Source: a virus
Taxonomy: Duplodnaviria > Caudoviricetes
Virus record (IMG/VR): IMGVR_UViG_3300026187_001862
Span: 62,257-126,256 of that record
Strand: one strand, 5' to 3'
Length of the DNA: 64,000 nt
In this document: in pieces, positions 40,603 through 48,224 of the stretch
Numbering within the stretch: the stretch's first letter is position 1
Layout of the letters: each line of letters opens with the position of its first letter
Notes under the pieces: generated by a model
Told to the model about the DNA's origin: nothing
What the model saw: the letters and a program-made list of their open reading frames with translations, nothing else
The model's database searches: none
Position numbers and translations under genes: made by a program

Positions 40603-40631
40603 ATTATAGCAAGGATTTGCTATTGTGTCAA
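40603..40631 (-). promoter_or_regulatory. sigma70-type promoter
   Basis: TTGACA-17-TATAAT with TG extended -10. Confidence 0.8.
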
Positions 40632-40664
40632 CCATTATGATCTTGTTTAAAATCAACAACTTAG

Positions 40665-40739
40665 TGGAGTGAGCGACAGGATTTGAACCTGCATAAAACG
40701 GATTTGCAATCCGTTGCCTAACCTTTCGACCACGCTCAC
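40665..40739 (-). tRNA. tRNA-Cys(GCA)
   Basis: Cloverleaf GTGAGCG...ACGGA TT GCA AA TCCGT...TTCAAAT...CGCTCAC T CCA. Confidence 0.95.
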
Positions 40740-40744
40740 ATGTT

Positions 40745-40828
40745 TGGTGGGGAAGGGAGGAATTCGCACCTCCACAGCTTTCGCGCCGAATTTACAGTCC
40801 GGTGGGCTCACTCGTGCCCAGCCTCCCC
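40745..40828 (-). tRNA. tRNA-Tyr(GTA), non-canonical D and T loops
   Basis: GGGGAGG...CCGGA CT GTA AA TTCGG, variable arm, T loop TGCGAATT, A CCA end. Confidence 0.88.
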
Positions 40829-40832
40829 AAAT

Positions 40833-40909
40833 TGGTCGGGGTAGCAGGATTTGAACCTGCGATCTTTCCGCCCCAAACGGAACGACTTACCAGACTAGCC
40901 TATACCCCG
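40833..40909 (-). tRNA. tRNA-Pro(TGG)
   Basis: CGGGGTA...TTCCG TT TGG GG CGGAA...TACCCCG A CCA. Confidence 0.95.
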
Positions 40910-40913
40910 TAAT

Positions 40914-41001
40914 TGGCATCGGTTGAGGGATTCGAACCCCCTGATTATTTCTAATCCTGGTTTTGGAGACCAGTGTACCACTCCAACTGTACCGAACCGA
41001 C
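40914..41001 (-). tRNA. tRNA-Trp(CCA) with long variable arm
   Basis: GTCGGTT...CTGGT CT CCA AA ACCAG, GATTA-GAAA-TAATC arm, GGGGG TTCGAAT CCCTC, G CCA end. Confidence 0.9.
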
Positions 41002-41023
41002 TTAAACTTTTTACTTCCTCCAT

Positions 41024-41061
41024 AAAAAAAGCCCCTAACTGAATTAACTGCTAGGGGCTTT
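41024..41061 (-). terminator. intrinsic terminator (attenuator) just upstream of the tRNA operon
   Basis: AAAGCCCCTAGC-loop-GTTAGGGGC followed by T7. Confidence 0.85.
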
Positions 41062-41081
41062 CAACGTACTAAAAAGTCACA

Positions 41082-41144
41082 TCAAGACAAACCCCTACCT
41101 CCTGGCGGGCACCAATACAAATAATTTGTTGCTGTCTTGAACAT
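41082..41144 (-). CDS. leader peptide MFKTATNYLYWCPPGGRGLS (not in ORF track)
   Basis: AAGGA RBS; codons TAT TTG TAT TGG TGC CCG CCA match the downstream tRNAs; 3' part overlaps the antiterminator. Confidence 0.8.
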   Translation of the reverse strand: MFKTATNYLYWCPPGGRGLS

Positions 41145-41171
41145 GTTAATATTCCTTCTAAGTATGTATAT

Positions 41172-41200
41172 ACTATAACTTCTTTGTATTTATATGTCAA
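41172..41200 (-). promoter_or_regulatory. dual promoter for the leader/tRNA operon
   Basis: TTGACA-17-TATAGT with an exact TATAAATA late motif inside the spacer. Confidence 0.75.
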
Positions 41201-41354
41201 CCACTTTTTCACATTTTGCTTTTGTACCGCAATGCGGACAGTGAAAAACAGCTCTGTCAATACAATATTTGTCCTCCATAGTTGCAAAAGTAAAGTAGCC
41301 TTTGCAACTACTGCAAGTTAAGTGCCAAATAATTTCCTTGACTGCTTTAAACAT
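41190..41354 (-). CDS. small zinc-ribbon protein (54 aa, not in ORF track)
   Basis: MFKAVKEIIWHLTCSSCKGYFTFATMEDKYCIDRAVFHCPHCGTKAKCEKVVDI; ATG 7 nt after ATAAATA. Confidence 0.7.
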   Translation of the reverse strand: MFKAVKEIIWHLTCSSCKGYFTFATMEDKYCIDRAVFHCPHCGTKAKCEKVVDI

Positions 41355-41374
41355 TGTAAAGTATTTATTACTAC

Positions 41375-41590
41375 TTATACAATATAATATACAAAAAGAA
41401 ATATATTTAACATAAACACCATTGTCATGCCTAAACCTACAAGTAAGAATATGATAGGATTACCGTCTGCAAAATCTCTTTGCCTTCTTTCTCCAGACGA
41501 AACTCCAAAAAATGCAGATAGAACACTCTTAATTGTTTGCCAAACACTCACAGTGTTGACTAATATTAGTAAAAGGGTTTGTGCTGTCAT
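41375..41590 (-). CDS. DUF2970-like membrane protein
   Basis: IKSVLSAFFGVSS..RRQRDF followed by a TM helix. Confidence 0.7.
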   Translation of the reverse strand: MTAQTLLLILVNTVSVWQTIKSVLSAFFGVSSGERRQRDFADGNPIIFLLVGLGMTMVFMLNIFLFVYYIV

Positions 41591-41976
41591 TATTTTTCCT
41601 TGTATCTTTCTTTGTAATCTTTTATAGCAGCTTTAATTGCATCTTCTGCCAAAACTGAACAATGTATTTTTACTGGGGGTAAGGAGAGCTCTCTAGCAAT
41701 GTCGGTGTTCTTAATCTCAGTGGCATCGTCAAGAGTTTTGCCCTTGACCCATTCTGTAAGGAGACTAGAACTAGCAATAGCACTGCCGCAACCATAGGTT
41801 TTAAATTTTGCATCTTCAATAACACCGTCATCATTTACCTTGATTTGTAATCTCATTACATCACCGCAAGCTGGAGCACCGACCATGCCAGTACCCACAC
41901 CATCAGTGTCTGGATCCCATTTGCCTACATTCCTAGGATTTTCGTAGTGATCAATTACTTTCTTGGAGTATGCCAT
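41590..41976 (-). CDS. iscU: Fe-S scaffold IscU
   Basis: MAYSKKVIDHYENPRNVG, GAPACGD, GCGSAIASSS, LPPVKIHC. Confidence 0.96.
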   Translation of the reverse strand: MAYSKKVIDHYENPRNVGKWDPDTDGVGTGMVGAPACGDVMRLQIKVNDDGVIEDAKFKTYGCGSAIASSSLLTEWVKGKTLDDATEIKNTDIARELSLPPVKIHCSVLAEDAIKAAIKDYKERYKEK

Positions 41977-42145
41977 AGATTGCTTCTCTAAAGGCAGGAT
42001 CTTTGCCAAACTGAGATGCTGCTTCTGCTCTTCTCTTAGCCAGTACTAAAGGCGAATTAGGCTTGCGCTTTTCGCGATATGCACCATGTGAGCTCATTTT
42101 AGCTCTTTTCCTAATTTTACCACTAGTCTTTAGTGTTTTTGCCAT
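41951..42145 (-). CDS. small basic protein
   Basis: GAGG RBS; K/R-rich. Confidence 0.6.
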   Translation of the reverse strand: MAKTLKTSGKIRKRAKMSSHGAYREKRKPNSPLVLAKRRAEAASQFGKDPAFREAIYGILQESN

Positions 42146-42236
42146 GAGATATCATCCTCTGTCAGTTGTTTATCTATGTATTGGAAATTGAAATATATTT
42201 ATCTTTGTCAACTACTTTTATTTCTATAACTGTATT

Positions 42237-42728
42237 TTAATAAAATTCTGTGTTTTGCCACCAAAAAACAATAGTATATCTATGACTCTTTAAAACTTTA
42301 TTTAGGCCATGTCCGATTTCTTTACCATTAAAGAACGTTAATCTGTTCTTTTTAGGTTTTATTGTAATTCCGTCTTCGGTAAAAAATTCGCCGCCGTCGA
42401 AATCATCATTTAAGTAAAGTATACTATTGAAGTCTTCGTCGTTACTTGCTCTCTGTGCTTCGTCATGTATATGCATAGGAGAAAACGAATCTATAGGCCA
42501 AGTTTGTAATTCAGCTCCTCTGCATGTTAGTTTGACTCTTAATTTTGATTCAATATATTCTGTAATGTCTGTAATTATTTGTTCATCTTCTAGAAATCTT
42601 ATATTTCTAGTTGGATAAAAATGAAAATAATGATTTCCTTCGTCTGTCATTTTTTTAAAATGAGATGCTAGTTTATTTTTATAATAATCTAGCATAAACT
42701 CAGGGTATACATCGTCAAATACATACAT
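42237..42728 (-). CDS. 2OG-Fe(II) oxygenase
   Basis: HIHD, ILYLNDDFDGGE, H...RYT. Confidence 0.85.
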   Translation of the reverse strand: MYVFDDVYPEFMLDYYKNKLASHFKKMTDEGNHYFHFYPTRNIRFLEDEQIITDITEYIESKLRVKLTCRGAELQTWPIDSFSPMHIHDEAQRASNDEDFNSILYLNDDFDGGEFFTEDGITIKPKKNRLTFFNGKEIGHGLNKVLKSHRYTIVFWWQNTEFY

Positions 42729-42931
42729 TAAAAATATTTTTCCAACATTTCTAATCTATCATTGGCAGCAGCCATTGCGTCTAATTCTTTTTGGATAGTT
42801 TCCATAATGTCCGAATGTTCACCAATTCCGACAACTTTTTGCATATAAACTTCGACATTTGTTTTGTGTAATTCTAGTTCTGCTTCTGCATGCTTCCGTG
42901 CTGCATTGATCATTTGTTCACGCAATTCCAT
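42728..42931 (-). CDS. hypothetical protein
   Basis: VGIGEHSDI motif; AGGA RBS. Confidence 0.75.
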   Translation of the reverse strand: MELREQMINAARKHAEAELELHKTNVEVYMQKVVGIGEHSDIMETIQKELDAMAAANDRLEMLEKYF

Positions 42932-42950
42932 AATCCTTTCCTATTAGTAA

Positions 42951-43026
42951 TGGTGCCGGATACAAGAGTCGAACTCGCGACCTTCTCATTACAAGTGAGC
43001 TGCTCTACCAACTGAGCTAATCCGGC
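42951..43026 (-). tRNA. tRNA-Thr(TGT)
   Basis: GCCGGAT TA GCTC AGTTGGTA GAGC...CT TGT AA...TTCGACT...ATCCGGC A CCA. Confidence 0.95.
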
Positions 43027-43059
43027 TTGTTATTTTACTTATATAATTTACAATAAGTT

Positions 43060-43704
43060 CTATTTATATTTGAATATAAAATCATTTTTTCTCACATCAA
43101 CTATTTTATATTCTAACTCGTTTAAAAAATTAAAAATCTTCTGTCTATGTAAGAAACTTTCTTGCGATCTAGTACAATGTATCTCTACCATAATTACTGG
43201 CTTGCTAAAAATGATAGTTTCTTTTGCACCTTGTAAGACTTTGTCTTCGTGTCCTTCTACATCTATTTTTATTAAATCAACATTTTGAAAATAATATGAA
43301 TCTATTGTTTTTGTTTTTACTCTAATTTGTGTATTATAATCTACTACTTGAGATCTTCCTGTAGACGCATTTGCTTGGAAAAACATTTTTTCATTTTTAT
43401 TGCTACATGCAAAATTATAACTTTCAATATTTTTACAATTAGCATTTTCAATATTTTTTAAAAAACATTCGTAAACATCTTTATGAGGTTCAAAAGATAC
43501 AACTTTTTTAAAGTATTTAGAAAACGGTATACTAAACCATCCGTAACTTGCTCCAATGTCTATGCACGTTTGTTTAGAAATTAAAAAATTTTCAACAAGA
43601 TACTGAGTTGCATTATCGTGCCATCCATCAGAATCAACTTTATTTTGACTAAAGTTAATCATAGGCAAATCTTTTTCTTGTTTTAGTATCTTCCAAGTGT
43701 TCAT
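43060..43704 (-). CDS. FkbM-family methyltransferase
   Basis: IDIGASYG, SFEP, KIDVEGHE. Confidence 0.88.
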   Translation of the reverse strand: MNTWKILKQEKDLPMINFSQNKVDSDGWHDNATQYLVENFLISKQTCIDIGASYGWFSIPFSKYFKKVVSFEPHKDVYECFLKNIENANCKNIESYNFACSNKNEKMFFQANASTGRSQVVDYNTQIRVKTKTIDSYYFQNVDLIKIDVEGHEDKVLQGAKETIIFSKPVIMVEIHCTRSQESFLHRQKIFNFLNELEYKIVDVRKNDFIFKYK

Positions 43705-43717
43705 AGCATTTTAAATT

Positions 43718-43804
43718 TGGAGTCAAGCCAGGGAATCGAACCCTGCCACAGCGGCGACTCGTGACGCCTAGTCGTGTCTATGCTGCTAGCAAACCTGCGC
43801 TGAC
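43718..43804 (-). ncRNA. tRNA-like RNA without a recognisable anticodon arm
   Basis: T arm CAGGG TTCGATT CCCTG, bulged acceptor GTCAGC/GCTTGAC, T CCA end; 4 nt downstream of tRNA-Ser. Confidence 0.65.
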
Positions 43805-43808
43805 ATAT

Positions 43809-43899
43809 TGGCGGAAGCGGTGGGATTCGAACCCACGAGACGCTATCAACGTCTGTCCGTTTAGTAGACGGGTGCTTTCGACCACTCAGCCACGCTTCC
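43809..43899 (-). tRNA. tRNA-Ser with ACT anticodon
   Basis: GGAAGCG...CCGT CT ACT AA ACGG, long variable arm AGACG/CGTCT, G73, CCA. Confidence 0.92.
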
Positions 43900-43967
43900 T
43901 AAAAAACACACTCCCAGTTTATCAGATCTGTTGCATCAGCTATACTGTATGCAGAGTGTGCTTTAAG

Positions 43968-44177
43968 TTAATATTTAAAGATATTTTTAATTAGTGCTTC
44001 CGCTTCTGGATAACTATCCATTAGTGTAACTTGATCGTCAATTTCTTGTAGTCGTTCAAGTTCTTCTTGTACTGTTAGTTCACTACGTGGAATACTTCTT
44101 TCATAGAAGGGATTATAGCTTGTAGGCAAGTATGGCTGTGTCCAACTAAAACTATAACCGTTAATGTGATCTCGCAT
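43968..44177 (-). CDS. hypothetical protein
   Basis: GAGG RBS. Confidence 0.65.
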   Translation of the reverse strand: MRDHINGYSFSWTQPYLPTSYNPFYERSIPRSELTVQEELERLQEIDDQVTLMDSYPEAEALIKNIFKY

Positions 44178-44186
44178 TGCTACCTC

Positions 44187-44651
44187 TTAGCGTTGAAATT
44201 GAAGTGTGACCCAACGGCCGTTTTCTTTAAAACGAATAGTGCTATGACTATAAACTTCTTGCTCCACACGAGTATAAGTTGTTTCGTTATAACACTGTTG
44301 CTCTTGACGATAACCTGTGATTATTTGCTGTCTTGAACCTCTCTTGTTTGCAACATCGGCACCAACAATAGCACCTAATACAGTCATAGCATCTTTGCCG
44401 CTGCCGCCACCGATTTGATTACCAATAGCGCCGCCAATAACTGCACCTAGCACTGTATCACCTGTACTTGCTTGTCCTTGAACAGTACCGTAAATTGGAA
44501 CTTCTATGGTATCACAAACACGCTCAACATCAGGTATACGTTGAACTACTGTACGGTAATGATCTTCAATTGTAGCATTAACTGCTGTTTCTGCAAACAC
44601 AGGAGTACTAGCAAGTAATGCAAGTGTTGACGCAATAATTAAATTTTTCAT
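44187..44651 (-). CDS. exported glycine-zipper 2TM protein
   Basis: Signal peptide MKNLIIAS; GAVIGGAIGNQIGGGSGKDAMTVLGAIVG; promoter at 44685-44714. Confidence 0.82.
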   Translation of the reverse strand: MKNLIIASTLALLASTPVFAETAVNATIEDHYRTVVQRIPDVERVCDTIEVPIYGTVQGQASTGDTVLGAVIGGAIGNQIGGGSGKDAMTVLGAIVGADVANKRGSRQQIITGYRQEQQCYNETTYTRVEQEVYSHSTIRFKENGRWVTLQFQR

Positions 44652-44710
44652 TTTAGATTCCCTTACTTTGTTTAACTTAATTATAGTATAGCATATATTT
44701 ATAAAGTTTG

Positions 44711-45109
44711 TCAACTGGAAAAATACCAACTTTGCTCGTATTCATCTACAATATTTACACTGTTTATGCGGTTATATCTAAAACTGCGCCATCCTTTAGC
44801 ATTTACGTCCCAAACACTTACAAGTTCTTCTCTGTTTATTTCGCGAACTTTCTTTTGACTCATTGTGTCATCTTTTGTTGCAGGTGGTTTCATATCTTCA
44901 CGCAGTGTACAGGTCATAACACGCTTGTCACCGTTAAGTTTTGTAAAATCAACTACTAGAACGTTTTGGCTTAGTATGTTCTGTAGATCCTTTCTGGTCG
45001 GAATCCCCTTGAGATTTGCTATTGTTTCGCTTACCGAAAATTCGTTCGTAGTTGTTTCTGTATTTTGTATCGTCTGCACCTTTTCTTCTTCCACTACCTT
45101 TACCTCCAT
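44711..45109 (-). CDS. WYL-like/DUF2693 Sm-fold protein
   Basis: VDFTKLNGDKRVMTCTL...VWDV..KGWRSFR; start uncertain. Confidence 0.7.
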   Translation of the reverse strand: MEVKVVEEEKVQTIQNTETTTNEFSVSETIANLKGIPTRKDLQNILSQNVLVVDFTKLNGDKRVMTCTLREDMKPPATKDDTMSQKKVREINREELVSVWDVNAKGWRSFRYNRINSVNIVDEYEQSWYFSS

Positions 45110-45125
45110 GCCACTTAGTTGTCAT
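44949..45125 (-). CDS. small basic protein overlapping the previous gene in another frame
   Basis: MTTKWHGGKGSGRRKGADDTKYRNNYERIFGK...; AGGA upstream of ATG. Confidence 0.55.
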   Translation of the reverse strand: MTTKWHGGKGSGRRKGADDTKYRNNYERIFGKRNNSKSQGDSDQKGSTEHTKPKRSSS

Positions 45126-45231
45126 CGTTTCTTCCTATTTGAGAAAACACGTACGAATAGTACAATGTTAAGCCTATACCTATAGGAGCAATCATCATTA
45201 CTGCTCCTATACCAATTACGCCTGCTGACAT
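45115..45231 (-). CDS. small membrane peptide (38 aa)
   Basis: TAATG coupling; hydrophobic. Confidence 0.5.
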   Translation of the reverse strand: MSAGVIGIGAVMMIAPIGIGLTLYYSYVFSQIGRNDDN

Positions 45232-45398
45232 TATAGTTCTTCCCAAATTCCAATAAATTCAGCTACAGCAAAGAAGAATGCCAATAGCACTACTGATCCT
45301 GTTGCGGCTGCTCCAAGACAACCTGCTAACCGCACTGCACTCTTAACTAAACTAAGATAAAAATGTTTCTTACCAGGATCTTTAGTTGCTATTTCCAT
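45231..45398 (-). CDS. small membrane protein (55 aa)
   Basis: TAATG coupling to clpP; HFYLSLVKSAVR...AEFIGIWEEL. Confidence 0.65.
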   Translation of the reverse strand: MEIATKDPGKKHFYLSLVKSAVRLAGCLGAAATGSVVLLAFFFAVAEFIGIWEEL

Positions 45399-46015
45399 TA
45401 TCTCTTCTCCACTACTTTATCTGCAAATCCGTTATCGACTGCTTCTTGTGCTGACAAGAACGTGTCAAACTTCATAGTTTCAAATAATTCTTCAAAAGTC
45501 TTACCTGTGCTGTTATGCTTAACATACAATTCTGTAAGACGCTCGTTTAATCGCTTAGACTCTTTCAAATGACGAATGTTATCTTCCATTTCCATTTCTT
45601 GGATGTGTACACTGCCTCCAGTACCTCGTGTGCCTGAGCTAACACGGTGGATCATTGTGCGGCTCTCTGGCAGTACAATACGCTTGCCTGATGTACCTGC
45701 TTGTGCTAGAAACGAGCCCATTGACGCTGCTTGTCCTGCAACAATAGTACGCACATCACATTTGATGTACTGCATAGTGTCGTAGATAGCAAGACCTGCT
45801 GTTACTGAACCGCCTGGCGAATTAATGTATAAGTTAATATCTTTGTCTGGATTTTCACTTTCAAGATAGAGCATCTGTGCCATAATCACATTAGCCATTG
45901 TATCTTCTACTGGACCGTTTAACATAATGATGCGATCCTTCATCAAACGTGAATAGATATCCCACGAACGTTCGCCGTTTGCTTCTTTTTCAACTACCAT
46001 AGGAATTAGTGGCAT
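45398..46015 (-). CDS. clpP: ClpP protease subunit
   Basis: [18 protein letters not shown] (Ser), MIH (His). Confidence 0.96.
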   Translation of the reverse strand: MPLIPMVVEKEANGERSWDIYSRLMKDRIIMLNGPVEDTMANVIMAQMLYLESENPDKDINLYINSPGGSVTAGLAIYDTMQYIKCDVRTIVAGQAASMGSFLAQAGTSGKRIVLPESRTMIHRVSSGTRGTGGSVHIQEMEMEDNIRHLKESKRLNERLTELYVKHNSTGKTFEELFETMKFDTFLSAQEAVDNGFADKVVEKR

Positions 46016-46016
46016 A

Positions 46017-46250
46017 TTAATATCTTCCTTTTTTAATTATAATTTCTTTTGGTCCAGCAGTGGTAAATTCCATTCCGTGTGCATTACCTACATAAACTCT
46101 ACCATTCCATCGCATATGAATCTTATTGTTTGCAATAAATGCATCAAGTGATTCATTTACACGAATGTTATCTACTTCTGCTTCAACACTTTGTTCATTG
46201 CGAGTGTTTGTAATAGTAGCATACTTTTCATACTCAATTCTACTGTTCAT
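46017..46250 (-). CDS. hypothetical protein
   Basis: Coupled ORF. Confidence 0.65.
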   Translation of the reverse strand: MNSRIEYEKYATITNTRNEQSVEAEVDNIRVNESLDAFIANNKIHMRWNGRVYVGNAHGMEFTTAGPKEIIIKKGRY

Positions 46251-46521
46251 CGGTAGAACTCTGTAATGTATTGTTTAGTGTAGTTGCTAAACAAAAATTT
46301 TCTACAAGTAATTTTGTCATACTTGCCATTGCTACAGCAGCCCTTTGTTCTTCAGGCAAACTATCTAATTGTTCAAAAACATTTTTTGCCATCGCAGTAA
46401 AAATGTCGTCTTCTTTAATGCCATTTGCAGCAAAATCAAAATTAAGAGACAACTTTGATTCTTTTGCTAATTTTGCAATTTCTCTAATTGCAAGTGTGTT
46501 TTCTGTATTATCTTCAGCCAT
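46240..46521 (-). CDS. hypothetical protein, paralog of 54156-54398
   Basis: Shared LAKE and KL.VENF.L motifs. Confidence 0.7.
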   Translation of the reverse strand: MAEDNTENTLAIREIAKLAKESKLSLNFDFAANGIKEDDIFTAMAKNVFEQLDSLPEEQRAAVAMASMTKLLVENFCLATTLNNTLQSSTDEQ

Positions 46522-46531
46522 TATATTTTTC

Positions 46532-46726
46532 CTAATGTAGTGTTACTTCTTCCTCTTCGTTTGGATCAATATTAAAATAATCTAAACATATTTTTGCAAC
46601 AGGTTCAGGAATTGTTTGATTTTCTAATCCTTCGGGTATAAAAATACCTTTAAGAGCTCCAGTTTTACCACAAACTATTAATCCATAATCTTGGTCATCC
46701 AACGATGTTTCAAATTTAATGCCCAT
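46532..46726 (-). CDS. hypothetical protein
   Basis: AGGA RBS. Confidence 0.6.
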   Translation of the reverse strand: MGIKFETSLDDQDYGLIVCGKTGALKGIFIPEGLENQTIPEPVAKICLDYFNIDPNEEEEVTLH

Positions 46727-46871
46727 TTGGTTTCATTCCTTTCCGTGCAAATTCTTTTGCTCTTTTGTTTATCTCTCTTTCATTTAGTCTTGTATATGCA
46801 AGATGTTGTTTCCATTCTCGAACTAATTTTTTACTATCATTTTTCGACTTCTTTTTGGACAAATCTTCCAT
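46716..46871 (-). CDS. small basic protein (51 aa)
   Basis: Fills a gap: MEDLSKKKSKNDSKKLVREWKQHLAY... Confidence 0.45.
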   Translation of the reverse strand: MEDLSKKKSKNDSKKLVREWKQHLAYTRLNEREINKRAKEFARKGMKPNGH

Positions 46872-47256
46872 TTTTGATTTTAAAAACTCCGTCTAGTCCA
46901 GTTGAACGAATATATTGTCTACCACCATCGATCATTTTGCCTTCAATAAAAAGACAATCATGATGACTGCTTGAATAGTACCAATGATTGTCTTTGTCTT
47001 TGATCATACCAAATTCAAAGTCTTCAACAATGTCTGCATTACAAATCATCATACGATCATTCATTCTATCGTTGTACAATCCAAAGTAACGATTTCCAAA
47101 TTCAGGATGTGGTGTAGCTCTGTAGTAAATATCTACAGGACGATCGCTCGCCTTAAGATCAGTAGTACACACATACTTAACAGGAACACCGTCCTTTTCT
47201 GTATAATGTGATTCTATTTTTTCTCTATCAAATTGATAAGGGTGTTTAATATCCAT
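46837..47256 (-). CDS. hypothetical protein
   Basis: PHPEFGNRYFG and IDGGRQY motifs. Confidence 0.75.
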   Translation of the reverse strand: MDIKHPYQFDREKIESHYTEKDGVPVKYVCTTDLKASDRPVDIYYRATPHPEFGNRYFGLYNDRMNDRMMICNADIVEDFEFGMIKDKDNHWYYSSSHHDCLFIEGKMIDGGRQYIRSTGLDGVFKIKNGRFVQKEVEK

Positions 47257-47328
47257 TATTCTTCATCCCATCCTTTAATCATTAGCCAAAAAAACAATAA
47301 ACTAACTATACCTAATCCTGCAATTAAC

Positions 47329-47940
47329 TCAACTAACGTAATCATCTTTTACCTTCTTAGCAATAGTTTTATGAATACCAGGATTTACTCTCAATACGTG
47401 TGGCATCATTTCGTGTCTAATATAGTTACGAGTATAACACACATCTGCGTTGCTGTCATCCTCTAAATAAGGAACATTATGCAAATTTGCCCATAGCTCA
47501 AAATCTCGTTTGCGTGTTTGACGAAACGGACGAATTACACTGTTACGCTTGTAAGGAATAATCTTTCCTGTACCGTGCATACTTGACCATACCCATGTTT
47601 CTACACAGTCGTCTAGGTGATGGCAAGTAATCACTGGCAAGTGACGATCTGCATATACATCAATCCACTTGTATCGTTCTTCTCTCCACCATTCTTCTTT
47701 GCTCATTCCTTTAGGTTTTGTGTCTTTGGCAATACCACGGATCTGGAATGGTAGATCATACTTGTCAACATAACGTCTTACTAAATCTTCTGCTCGTTTG
47801 CCATATTCTGTTCCATGATTAAAATGGAAAACCTCTACCTCATGATTGCGACAAAGAAAATCCAATGTTGCCATTGAATCAACTCCTCCACTAACAGCGA
47901 TCATAACCTTGCGTGGAATTTTGCCTTGAACTTTAATCAT
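47329..47940 (-). CDS. tilS: TilS-like PP-loop ATPase (N-terminal domain only)
   Basis: AVSGGVDS, NHG, R..RY, HHLDD..ET, IRP, DDSN, RNYIRH. Confidence 0.85.
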   Translation of the reverse strand: MIKVQGKIPRKVMIAVSGGVDSMATLDFLCRNHEVEVFHFNHGTEYGKRAEDLVRRYVDKYDLPFQIRGIAKDTKPKGMSKEEWWREERYKWIDVYADRHLPVITCHHLDDCVETWVWSSMHGTGKIIPYKRNSVIRPFRQTRKRDFELWANLHNVPYLEDDSNADVCYTRNYIRHEMMPHVLRVNPGIHKTIAKKVKDDYVS

Positions 47941-48224
47941 TATACAACCAATCTTGTTAGTGCTACACTGTCAATACTAACTAATAGAATATAGTTTGCT
48001 AACATTCCTGTAGACTTTCTTGTGTAAGCTGCCCATGCAAAGATAGCACACTGTAAAATAAACAAAGGATATAGCAGTAGAAATGGAGGTTTAGGTACTG
48101 TAATCATCATAGTTACTGCACAAAATATACTTAAAAACCAAGCAATGATTTCTAAAACACATCGTGTAGGATTTTGCTGCCAGTCTTCTTTAATCCAATT
48201 TAATACTACGTAAATTATATTCAT
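47940..48224 (-). CDS. membrane protein
   Basis: Three hydrophobic helices. Confidence 0.7.
   Translation of the reverse strand: MNIIYVVLNWIKEDWQQNPTRCVLEIIAWFLSIFCAVTMMITVPKPPFLLLYPLFILQCAIFAWAAYTRKSTGMLANYILLVSIDSVALTRLVV

Noticed and set aside
41069-41287. 72-aa ORF from the track spanning the leader region
   Set aside because: It crosses a promoter and has no clear RBS. The zinc-ribbon ORF and the leader peptide in other frames explain the region better.
43761-43994. + strand 77-aa ORF
   Set aside because: Antisense shadow of tRNA-Ser and adjacent RNAs.
43968-44177. Second leader peptide for the Ser/Thr tRNAs
   Set aside because: A 69-aa ordinary ORF with no clustered Ser/Thr control codons near an evident antiterminator.
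47329-47940. TilS converting tRNA-Trp(CCA) into a UGA reader
   Set aside because: Nothing in the sequence supports it, and TGA is used as a normal stop.
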